31,269 bases of DNA from Candidatus Omnitrophota bacterium. Lineage in GTDB: Bacteria > Omnitrophota > Omnitrophia > Omnitrophales > Aquincolibacteriaceae. The notes under the pieces are model-generated. The model was not told where the DNA came from and ran no database searches. It saw only the letters and a list, made by a program, of their open reading frames with translations. The position numbers and the translations under genes were made by a program. The stretch lies in NCBI GenBank assembly GCA_043803685.1, contig JAZDJU010000042.1:1-31269 (forward strand), given 5' to 3'. Numbering within the stretch: position 1 is the first letter of the stretch; each line of letters opens with the position of its first letter. Below are positions 15,920-24,111 of this stretch, piece after piece.

Positions 15920-17347
15920 TTAAAATTCCAGGCTCTTGGTGAGCATGATCTGGAACTTGTTATTGGTGTAACTGTAATTGGTGATATTGGAGAGCGCGCG
16001 ATAAAACTCATAGGAAGCGGTAAAAACAATATCCTTCATCGGCTTGGGAAGGATTTTCCCGAAAAAAATTGTCGTGAGAGGCGTCCCGTAGGTCACTCGG
16101 TACCGCATCGACTTGTCATGGCGGATCTTGCTCGCGACCGAGAACTCCGGGGTATCGTAGTTATCGAAATTCACATTCACAGAATTGATCACGAATTGGC
16201 CCTTGGGCAAAACCCACGTATGCGCGTTGTTAAGACTGAAACGCTGATAAGCGTTAAAGTCCTGCTTGGCATCCTTATCCGCGTACCCGACGCTGGACGT
16301 CCACCTCATCGTCGGAATAATCATATAACCCACGCCCCAATTATGGCTGAACTCAGGTCCCTTGTTGTCGTAGGAATTGGTGTTCTCCGAAATGTTCAGA
16401 TAATCCTGGCGCTCGATCCGGAAATTATAGAACCCTTTGAGTTTCTTGGTCAGGTCCCGCTCAAAAAGAAAATTCCCGCCCTGGGTCCGCAGAAAACTTT
16501 CACTGGAAAGAAAAATATTGCTCGCGACGAATGAAGGCGTGAAATCGACCCATTTACTTTTGTAAGTTCCGCCGAGCTCATATTGAAACGAACCGAGATC
16601 GAGCGAATTCACCTTCGTCTGTTCCTGGAGATAATAAGTAAAGTTCGCGAACACCGAATGCCCCGCCTGGAACCCGAGATCATGCGTCACATCAACAGTA
16701 GAAATGTTCAAAAAGTTCGTGTCCGCGCGCCGGTTGTTCGTTCCAACAAGATCCTGCGCCGTGTTATTGACAAGCTGGATCTTGGAAGAAGGCGCGGCAT
16801 TACGATTCGTATCATAGCCCCAACCGTTGCTCTGGCGCAAACCGATACGGGTCCGGCGCTTCCTTTGCTTGATCTTCTTTTCGTAGGCGCTCACTTGCTC
16901 CCGGATCGCCGGAGGCAACGTAATGGTCCTGAGGGAATCTAGTTCCTTCTGGGCCTCATTGAGACTGTCCAAGCGGTAAAGAACGACGGCATAAAGAAGC
17001 CGGACATCGGCGAGGTTGGGGTTGACGAGAAGGATACGCTCCAGGGTCGCCGCGGCACTTAAAAGCTCTCCCTTGGCGATCTGGTCCTGCGCGTAACGGG
17101 CATTCAGCTCGATATTGTCCGGATCCTTGAGGATATCCTCATACGTCACGCCAGTCTTGAACTTGTCAGCCGCCGCTTTTTCTTTCGACTTTTCCGCGAC
17201 ACGGGAGGTTTGTTTAGCACGCCACTCTTCGGTTCGCAGGTTCTGCGTTTCGTTAGTGATATCTTCGGCCAAAGCAAGGGGATGAAAAACAAGCAGAGAG
17301 AATAAGAGCACGGCCAGAGACTTCAGCGATAACTTAAAAGACATCAT
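15920..17347 (-). CDS. TPR + outer-membrane beta-barrel protein, Slam/DUF560 (type XI secretion translocon)-like
   Basis: Signal peptide; TPRs ('AAATLERILLVNPNLADVRLLYA'); 'GYDTNRN' barrel-start motif; amphipathic strands; terminal Phe (beta-signal). Confidence 0.75.
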   Translation of the reverse strand: MMSFKLSLKSLAVLLFSLLVFHPLALAEDITNETQNLRTEEWRAKQTSRVAEKSKEKAAADKFKTGVTYEDILKDPDNIELNARYAQDQIAKGELLSAAATLERILLVNPNLADVRLLYAVVLYRLDSLNEAQKELDSLRTITLPPAIREQVSAYEKKIKQRKRRTRIGLRQSNGWGYDTNRNAAPSSKIQLVNNTAQDLVGTNNRRADTNFLNISTVDVTHDLGFQAGHSVFANFTYYLQEQTKVNSLDLGSFQYELGGTYKSKWVDFTPSFVASNIFLSSESFLRTQGGNFLFERDLTKKLKGFYNFRIERQDYLNISENTNSYDNKGPEFSHNWGVGYMIIPTMRWTSSVGYADKDAKQDFNAYQRFSLNNAHTWVLPKGQFVINSVNVNFDNYDTPEFSVASKIRHDKSMRYRVTYGTPLTTIFFGKILPKPMKDIVFTASYEFYRALSNITNYSYTNNKFQIMLTKSLEF

Positions 17348-17406
17348 TTCCCCTTCATTTTTTTAGTAAGACCACTCTGGGCTCTTTTCAATTTTCAGCC
17401 CGCGGT

Positions 17407-17435
17407 AGTTTACATTCAGCTAAATGAAAAAGCAA
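17407..17435 (-). promoter_or_regulatory. Putative sigma70 promoter for the barrel/FecR cluster
   Basis: Minus strand TTGCTT-N17-TAAACT, 60 nt upstream of the start. Confidence 0.45.
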
Positions 17436-17446
17436 ATTACTTTGCT

Positions 17447-17548
17447 GAAGACCAGAGACTGGAGACCACAGACTTCAGACAAAAGAACCCCCCTTAATGA
17501 TCTTGTTTTCGCTGCGGTCTCCGGTCCGCAGTCTGACGTCCCTGGTCG
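17447..17548. repeat. Inverted pair of degenerate 7-bp tandem arrays
   Basis: gaagacc agagact ggagacc acagact tcagac ... gcggtct ccggtcc gcagtct gacgtcc ctggtcg. Confidence 0.7.
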
Positions 17549-17623
17549 ATCGTGCTAAGTGAGGCGAAAAGCTTCTTCACAATTTAAAACATCCCCCTTT
17601 CAGAAATCCGTTATAATGCCGCT

Positions 17624-19591
17624 ATGTCATTCCAATTGGACCCGTTCCAACTGCAAGCCATTGAATGGATCGAAAAGGAGCATTCCCTTCTCGTTTCAGC
17701 TCCCACAGGCTCCGGAAAAACGCTCATTGCCGAAAAAGCCGTTGAAAAAGCACTCGCGCGCGGCGAACGGGTCATTTACACCGCCCCGATCAAAGCGCTA
17801 AGCAATCAGAAATTCCGGGATTTTCAGGAACGTTTCGGTAAAGATACGGTCGGCATCCTCACCGGGGACGTCTCCATCAACTCCGACGCGCCGCTCCTCA
17901 TCATGACGACCGAGATCTACCGGAATTGCCTTTTCGAGAACTCGGAACGCATCGAAAAGATCGGCTGGGTCATTTTTGATGAAGTCCATTATCTGGATGA
18001 CCCGCAACGCGGCACGGTCTGGGAAGAAGCGCTGCTTTTTACGCCCCCGGAGATCCGCATCCTCGCCTTGAGCGCCACGATCCCGAACGTCAAGGAGCTC
18101 GCAGACTGGATCCGTCAGATCCACCAGCGTCCGATTGCCGTGATCGAAGAGTTCCATCGCCCCGTACCGCTCCATTTTCTGTTCCAGTGTCAGGGCAAGA
18201 TCCTCACGAACACGAAATCACTTCGAAAAGAAGGCTATCTCCAGCGCGACAACTGGCAGCTGTCCATGCGCGAAAGACGCCGCGGATTCCAGCCGCCTCG
18301 CGCCCGGCCGAACCGCCTGAATGACCTCGTAAAACATCTCATTGATGAAGACCAACTCCCCGCGATTTATTTCGCGTTCGGCCGGAAGCGCACAGCCCAG
18401 CTCGCCTGGGAGGTCGCGCATTTTGATCTCTTGAGAGATGCCGAACGCCGCGAGATCCGGGCGCTTTACGATGACCTCCTGACACGTTTCGATCTGGCGG
18501 GTGACAAGACCGCCGAAGAGATACGCCCACTTGTTGAGCAAGGGATCGCCTACCACCACGCGGGCATGCTTCCGACCTTGAAAGAGGTCATCGAAAGACT
18601 TTTTACGAGCCGTCTGATTAAACTTATCTTCACCACCGAAACTTTTGCGTTGGGGATCAACATGCCGGCGCGTACCGTGATCTTCGACGAACTTGAAAAG
18701 TTCTACGGGACAGGATTCAAGACACTCACCACGCGCGATTTCTTCCAGATGGCCGGACGCGCGGGACGCCGCGGCATGGACCCGGAAGGTTTCGTTTACT
18801 GCCGCATTCACCCCAACGACATCTCCTTTCCGGAAGTGGAACGTGTTCTTTACGGAAAGCCGGAACCCGTGCGCAGTCAGCTGAATACCACCTATGCGAC
18901 GCTCCTCAATCTTTACCGGACGCTCGGACACAGGCTTCTTGAGATCTACCCTCGCTCCTTTCATTTTTTCCAGTCTTCCAAACGAAAGCGCGACGAGGGA
19001 CTCGATCTTTTGAAGAACAAGCTCGCGCTCCTTCAGGAGATGGGCTACATCACGGATGCCGGAACAACAGACACGCAGGGTACGCTCACGGTCAAAGGAG
19101 AATTCGCGGCCTCGATCTTCGGCTTTGAGCTTCTTCTCACCGAAATGTACACCGACGGCGCGCTAGAGCAACTGGACGAAGCAAAACTGAACGTCTTCCT
19201 GGCAGGACTGATCTTTGAGCCGCGCAAGAACGACGAGGCCCCGCGTCTTGGCAAGGACCACGCTGAATTACTCAAGATGACCCAGCATTACCACAGGATG
19301 GTCTTCAAGTGGGAATCCAATTTCCGCGTCACGCCGCACACCAAGCCTCCCTATTTTCATCTCGCCAAACCTATCGAGGCATGGACGCAGGGTAAGGACT
19401 TCGAGAAGGTTTGCCAGCTGACCTCGGAAGATGAAGGAAGCCTCGTGCGTTATATCCGGATGGTGATCCAACTCCTGCGGGAGATCGCCAACGCCCCCCA
19501 TGCCTCCGAAGGGCTCAAGGCCAAAGCACGGCGCGCGCGAAGTATGATCGACCGGGATGTGGTGGACGCGGAAAAACAATTGCGGATTTAG
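17624..19591 (+). CDS. Ski2-like (HelY-type) DEVH-box RNA helicase with DSHCT-like C-terminus
   Basis: APTGSGKT, PIKALSNQK, DEVH, SAT, HHAGMLP, TFALGINMPA and QMAGRAGRRG motifs; TATAAT 6 nt before the ATG. Confidence 0.9.
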   Translation: MSFQLDPFQLQAIEWIEKEHSLLVSAPTGSGKTLIAEKAVEKALARGERVIYTAPIKALSNQKFRDFQERFGKDTVGILTGDVSINSDAPLLIMTTEIYRNCLFENSERIEKIGWVIFDEVHYLDDPQRGTVWEEALLFTPPEIRILALSATIPNVKELADWIRQIHQRPIAVIEEFHRPVPLHFLFQCQGKILTNTKSLRKEGYLQRDNWQLSMRERRRGFQPPRARPNRLNDLVKHLIDEDQLPAIYFAFGRKRTAQLAWEVAHFDLLRDAERREIRALYDDLLTRFDLAGDKTAEEIRPLVEQGIAYHHAGMLPTLKEVIERLFTSRLIKLIFTTETFALGINMPARTVIFDELEKFYGTGFKTLTTRDFFQMAGRAGRRGMDPEGFVYCRIHPNDISFPEVERVLYGKPEPVRSQLNTTYATLLNLYRTLGHRLLEIYPRSFHFFQSSKRKRDEGLDLLKNKLALLQEMGYITDAGTTDTQGTLTVKGEFAASIFGFELLLTEMYTDGALEQLDEAKLNVFLAGLIFEPRKNDEAPRLGKDHAELLKMTQHYHRMVFKWESNFRVTPHTKPPYFHLAKPIEAWTQGKDFEKVCQLTSEDEGSLVRYIRMVIQLLREIANAPHASEGLKAKARRARSMIDRDVVDAEKQLRI

Positions 19592-19628
19592 ATAAACGAG
19601 ATCAAATTCTTGAAAGTCTTACCTGTCT

Positions 19629-19767
19629 GTCATTCCCGCGAAAGCGGCACGGGCTCTCATTAAGGACTTTATTGAAAGCGAGTGCCGCACTAAACTTCCT
19701 ATAAATCTTTGATAGGTTGTTCAGTGCGGGAATCCATGGATCCCTGATAAAAGATTTCGGGGATGAC
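19629..19767. repeat. GTCATTCCCGCGAAAGCGGGAATCC-type REP/RPE element carrying an internal insertion
   Basis: Ends GTCATTCCCG / CGGGGATGAC; GCGG duplicated at 19644-47 and 19726-29 around a two-hairpin insert; lies between convergent genes. Confidence 0.7.
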
Positions 19768-19797
19768 CGGCTAAATTTACGATTGACGATTAACGGC

Positions 19798-20202
19798 TTA
19801 GGTAACACTCACCTCGTTTGAACCACCGACATTCGCGATCAGCCGACAGACCTTTTCGGAAAACGCCTGAAAATCCAGAGGCTTGGCCATAAATTCCACG
19901 CGGGGAAGATCCAGAAAAAACCTTTTCACGACCTCTTGGGCGGAAATAACCATCAACGGGATAAGGGCAAGTTCTTTGTCTTCACGCAGGGTCCACATCA
20001 CGCCATAGCCGGTCAACTTCGGCAACAAAACGTCCAGGACGATCAGGTCCGGTCGTTCCTCTCTCGTTTTCGTAACAGCTTCCTCACCGTCCCGGGCCAC
20101 ACAGGTCTCGTAGCCCTCCTCTCTGAAGCGGTGCTCTAGAACCGTCACGGTTCCTGGGTCGTCATCCACGATAAGGATTTTTTTGGCAGCCATCGTTCTC
20201 AT
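19798..20202 (-). CDS. Single-domain response regulator (receiver); start may be 20193
   Basis: ILIVDDD, PDLIVLD (phospho-Asp), ISA and AKP motifs. Confidence 0.9.
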   Translation of the reverse strand: MRTMAAKKILIVDDDPGTVTVLEHRFREEGYETCVARDGEEAVTKTREERPDLIVLDVLLPKLTGYGVMWTLREDKELALIPLMVISAQEVVKRFFLDLPRVEFMAKPLDFQAFSEKVCRLIANVGGSNEVSVT

Positions 20203-20283
20203 TCCTGTTCCAGAAGTTTAAAAAACATGCAACATGCCGGAAAGATAACACAGAATTTCCATTTGGCAAGCCCAACGCCCTTT

Positions 20284-23200
20284 TTATACAAGACCGTCTT
20301 TTTCATCCTCCTGGCGGATCTTCTCCAGGATGATCGGCAACTTCCACTTCTCAATACGGCACACGGTGTCGTAGGAACAGAAACTTTCGCAGTCCCGGGG
20401 CTTCACCGGGATCTCAGCCAGGGCGATCTCCTTTGAAAACTTTTGGACAAACGCCACAGCCCGGTCCAAAGTCTTTTGGAACACATCGTTCGGAAGCTGA
20501 GACCGGGATGAAAATTCTTTATCGAATGGTTTAGCACTCCCTTCGCAGCAAAACCCACTTTTCTTGTGATCGCGGACGGAATAGATCTCGCCGCCGAGGG
20601 GCGTGAGGCCCAAATGCTTTTGCGCGGCGAGAAGGTAAAGCGGCAATTGGAGCGCGGTCCCGAGCTCAAGATTTGCGGCCTTAAATCTTGCGGAACGTTT
20701 GTAGTCGATCACGACCGCGAACTTCTTTTCCGTGTCTGTATCGATCCGGTCCACCCGCCCCCGCAGTTTGATCGGCTTTCCTTCTCCTTCGATCTCGAAG
20801 GCGGGACGGTCATTCTCTCCAAGGTCCCCGAAAGAGAATTCCACGCGATGCGGTTTGAAGGCCGCGCTTGTCAGGCGTTCTGTTTCGTAACGGATAAAAT
20901 CCACGAGCATTTCGAAAAGCTCCTGACGATCCAGCGCTTCCTCGTAGGGTTCTCTCCACACCATCGGATGCCGTTTGAGACCTTCTTCCATTTCCCGTTG
21001 GACGAACGCCTCGAGCGTTTCTTTCGGGTCCTTTTTGGCATGGGCATCAAAATACTGCTGAAGCACGTGGTGCAGGATGCTCCCTTTCTGCATCGCTCGG
21101 AGGTCCTCGCCCGTGTCTTTCAACCTGAGGATCTTGTCGGCAAAATAACGGTAAGGACATTTGGCATAAGTTTCAAGCCTCGTGGGACTCGTCTCCCGGA
21201 CTTCGAAATGCCCGTCCTTCAGGATCTTCTCATCCAGGATCTTTGCCTCGACCGGGATCCCGGCAGACCGGAACCGTGCGGCGCTCCGGGGGTCTCCGGC
21301 AAGTTTCGCCACAGCCTCATGCAGATCTGTCACGTTCTCCTCCTCATAACGAAGGGCACCGACCACGGAAGCTTCCAGCTCGCGACGAGTGATCGCCTCG
21401 CCCACCTCGGGGAAAGGCCGCGAAAGGTCCTGACGGATTACCGGCACACGGCCTCCGAAAAGCTCTTTCACTTCCTCAAGATAGAACGACGGCAGGGATT
21501 CCTTCCCCTCAAAATCGAGGTGCGGGTGACATAAAAAAAGCTTCTCCTTCGCGCGCGTCACGGCGACATAGAAAAAGAAACGCTCGATATTCTGCCGGGG
21601 CAAGCACTCCGCGAGAGGATGCCCCATCTGCCCGTTCATCAGCTTCCGTTCCCAGTCCGAAAGGAGCGGATCCTCACGGACCTGCAAGGGAAAAACTTTT
21701 TCCAGAAGGCCGGCCACGAACACGACCTTGTATTCTTTCTGCCGGGCGAGCGAAACGTCGTAGACCTGCACGCGGTTCTTATCACGCTCATGGAGCGAGT
21801 AAACGTCCAGCTCCACAAGACCGAGAAAATGGTCAGCGAAGATCTCGAAGGAAACCTCCTTCGCCTTGTTCTTCACAAAATAGTCCCGGACCTCCTCAAG
21901 CAACGCCTCGAACCTTCTGACCGAGGCCGCGTCCCGGCGCGTGAACGTCGTATAGCGGTCGCTTACCTCCAGAATCCCGAAAGTGTCGTACACCGCCCGC
22001 TTGAAAGTCCCGATATGATCTTCCGAGGTCTTCGCCGCCAGAAAACTATCCTCGAGTTCTGCGAGGGCCTTGACCGTTCGCGCTTTCTTCGGGTTGAACT
22101 CGTCCGTGGTTCCGTCACCGCTCTCTTTCCAGTCCCCAAGCCAGGCATCTCGCGTCCCCGCCACGCCTTCCCGGAACGACCGCTGTTCGAATTCCGCGAG
22201 CCAATCCTCGCATTTATCTTCTTCCTTCCCAAGACGGCGCGTGTAGCCGGACTTCAGGAAAGCGAAAACGTCCTCCCGCTTCCAGCCGTTACGGAAAACT
22301 GTAAGCAATGCCGTCGTCGCGGCGATCCAGGGAGAGAATTTCAACCGGTCGCGTTCGTGGATCTCGGCGGGGATCCCGTAGCGGGCGAAGACCGAAGCGA
22401 TGACCGGCGCGTAATGCCGGATCTGGCGGAACAGGACCGCGAAATCACTGTACCGGTAGTCCCCCGTCGCGTAGAGCTTGTGGATCTGGCGCGCGATCAT
22501 CTCGATCTCGCCCTCGGTCCCGATCGCATCAAGCATCACGATGTCCCCGCCCTCACCCAACCTCTCCCCCGGGGAGAGGGACCCTTTTTTCCCCTCTCCT
22601 TTGGGGAGAGGGCCAGGGTGAGGGGATGCTTTTGTCGAGAAAATATTCTTCTGAAGGAAAAGGAGTGACGGCTTTTCGGTGCGCCGGGAAAGGGGTTTCA
22701 TCACTTGCACTTTAAATCCAAGTTTCTCGAGATCCTGCGCGGTCCGGCTCACCGCTTCAAAAGCGCCTTCGGATCCCTGCCCCTCTTCCCGGGTGAGCGT
22801 GATCGTGATGTCTTCCGTAATGGAAGAAAGTTCACGGAGGTATTCCAGCTGCAGATTCGAGAAATCGAAAAAACCGTCGATCCAAAGCGCCTTGAACCGC
22901 TTACCCGAAAGCGAAAAGGGGTCTGACCCTTTTTTGTCAGGAAAAGGGGTCTGACCCCTTTTTCGGCGAAAGATGCGAAGAGCGTCCTGGCTGTCCCGAA
23001 GCCCCTGCGCTGTGAGGCGGGCCTCGTACTGCTCATAGAAACCGGCGAGAGCTTCGTACTTCGCGCCATAGGCAGGCTCAAAGCCCTTGAGCGCGTTCAT
23101 GCGTTCGCGAAAAACCTCGGGCGAAACACAGGACTCCTTGAGCTCGGTCACGAATTGCGCCATCAGCGCCGGAAACCCCGGCTGATCGAACACTCTCTCG

Positions 23201-23520
23201 AAATAATCCCACGCGTTCTCGCGGACAAGGTCCCGGACGATCATGGTGCGCGTCAGGCTGGAGGCCACAGGGATATCGGCCACGCGAAAAATGTCGCCCG
23301 CGAGCCGGGAAAGTGTGGTCACGCGTTTGTGGAAAAATCCTTTGAGACCCCGTTGGATCAGAAGAGAGACCACGCGTTCGGTGTGTTCGGCGGAAGGAAC
23401 GACGAAGAAAACGTCTTCAGCGAGAGGATCGGCCGCTTTCGCGAGCGCATCTCCGAAAGCATCGAGAAGTTGGTGCGTCTTCCCGCAACCGGCAGGACCG
23501 ATCAGTAATGTCTGCGACAT
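20284..23520 (-). CDS. addB: AddB/RexB-like helicase-nuclease subunit (inactive helicase scaffold + Fe-S PD-(D/E)XK nuclease)
   Basis: N-terminal GPAGCGKT; IDGFFDFS; FYVAVTRA; CPY...RGRVDRID..IDYK..LQLPLY..CESFCSYDTVC. Confidence 0.82.
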   Translation of the reverse strand: MSQTLLIGPAGCGKTHQLLDAFGDALAKAADPLAEDVFFVVPSAEHTERVVSLLIQRGLKGFFHKRVTTLSRLAGDIFRVADIPVASSLTRTMIVRDLVRENAWDYFERVFDQPGFPALMAQFVTELKESCVSPEVFRERMNALKGFEPAYGAKYEALAGFYEQYEARLTAQGLRDSQDALRIFRRKRGQTPFPDKKGSDPFSLSGKRFKALWIDGFFDFSNLQLEYLRELSSITEDITITLTREEGQGSEGAFEAVSRTAQDLEKLGFKVQVMKPLSRRTEKPSLLFLQKNIFSTKASPHPGPLPKGEGKKGSLSPGERLGEGGDIVMLDAIGTEGEIEMIARQIHKLYATGDYRYSDFAVLFRQIRHYAPVIASVFARYGIPAEIHERDRLKFSPWIAATTALLTVFRNGWKREDVFAFLKSGYTRRLGKEEDKCEDWLAEFEQRSFREGVAGTRDAWLGDWKESGDGTTDEFNPKKARTVKALAELEDSFLAAKTSEDHIGTFKRAVYDTFGILEVSDRYTTFTRRDAASVRRFEALLEEVRDYFVKNKAKEVSFEIFADHFLGLVELDVYSLHERDKNRVQVYDVSLARQKEYKVVFVAGLLEKVFPLQVREDPLLSDWERKLMNGQMGHPLAECLPRQNIERFFFYVAVTRAKEKLFLCHPHLDFEGKESLPSFYLEEVKELFGGRVPVIRQDLSRPFPEVGEAITRRELEASVVGALRYEEENVTDLHEAVAKLAGDPRSAARFRSAGIPVEAKILDEKILKDGHFEVRETSPTRLETYAKCPYRYFADKILRLKDTGEDLRAMQKGSILHHVLQQYFDAHAKKDPKETLEAFVQREMEEGLKRHPMVWREPYEEALDRQELFEMLVDFIRYETERLTSAAFKPHRVEFSFGDLGENDRPAFEIEGEGKPIKLRGRVDRIDTDTEKKFAVVIDYKRSARFKAANLELGTALQLPLYLLAAQKHLGLTPLGGEIYSVRDHKKSGFCCEGSAKPFDKEFSSRSQLPNDVFQKTLDRAVAFVQKFSKEIALAEIPVKPRDCESFCSYDTVCRIEKWKLPIILEKIRQEDEKDGLV
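22550..22624. repeat. 75-bp REP-like palindromic element inserted in-frame in addB
   Basis: CCCTCACCC / GGGTGAGGG ends enclosing two CCTCTCC..GGAGAGG hairpins; encodes PHPGPLPKGEGKKGSLSPGERLGEG. Confidence 0.8.
22913..22963. repeat. Tandem pair of AAAAGGGGTCTGACCC(C)TTTT palindromes in-frame in addB
   Basis: Copies at 22913-22934 and 22941-22962; encodes KRGQTPFPDKKGSDPF. Confidence 0.8.
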
Positions 23521-23525
23521 GTCTA

Positions 23526-23601
23526 TAGTTCTGAGTTATGAGTTGGGAGTCCGGAGTAAGAGCATTTTTGACTCACAACCCCGAACTCATCGCTCATAGC
23601 T
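23526..23601. repeat. Inverted pair of degenerate 7-bp tandem arrays filling the queD-addB gap
   Basis: tagttct gagttat gagttgg gagtccg gagt ... gactcac aaccccg aactcat cgctcat agct. Confidence 0.7.
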
Positions 23602-24001
23602 ATGCCTCGTAGACCGCGCAGCTGTCCTGATTCTCCCAGAGCGTTACCTTGGAGACCGGAAGCTTCATGCGACGGGCTTCCTGGAAAATCCTCCGGGCCA
23701 GCATTTCCGCCGTCGGATTCTCTTCCACGAGCACGACGGGTTCACCAGCTTTTTTGAGGAGTTTCGCAAGAGGATCTTTCGTCCAGAGGATCATCTTGTG
23801 ATCGAGATTCCGGTCGATCCACTCCCCGATCGTCCGCTTGATATCAAAAAAATCCACGACCATCCCCTTGTGATTGAGCTTCGGGGTGGCCATCTCGATC
23901 TCCACGCGCGCGCTGTGGCCGTGAAGATGGGAGCACTTATCGTGTCCTCCCAGGAGCCGGTGCCCGTAATTGAAATAGATCATTTTCGCGACTTTGAACA
24001 T
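23600..24001 (-). CDS. queD: 6-carboxy-tetrahydropterin synthase (QueD / PTPS family)
   Basis: GHRL, CSHLHGH, GMVVDF, LDH and NPTAE motifs. Confidence 0.85.
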   Translation of the reverse strand: MFKVAKMIYFNYGHRLLGGHDKCSHLHGHSARVEIEMATPKLNHKGMVVDFFDIKRTIGEWIDRNLDHKMILWTKDPLAKLLKKAGEPVVLVEENPTAEMLARRIFQEARRMKLPVSKVTLWENQDSCAVYEA

Positions 24002-24111
24002 AGCTGGAACCCTCAGAAAACAGTGATGGGAAGGATCAATGTGGAGGCATTATGGCCGATTTTCCGGACCAAGTCCAATTCGAATGGTACCGGGTGCCGT
24101 TCGACGTGCTA

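Noticed and set aside
17447..17548. CRISPR-like array
   Set aside because: Units are 7 bp with no spacers, and there are no cas genes in the window
20566..22668. Long plus-strand ORFs (322 and 349 aa) opposite addB
   Set aside because: Antisense shadows of a GC-rich gene, with no motifs or RBS
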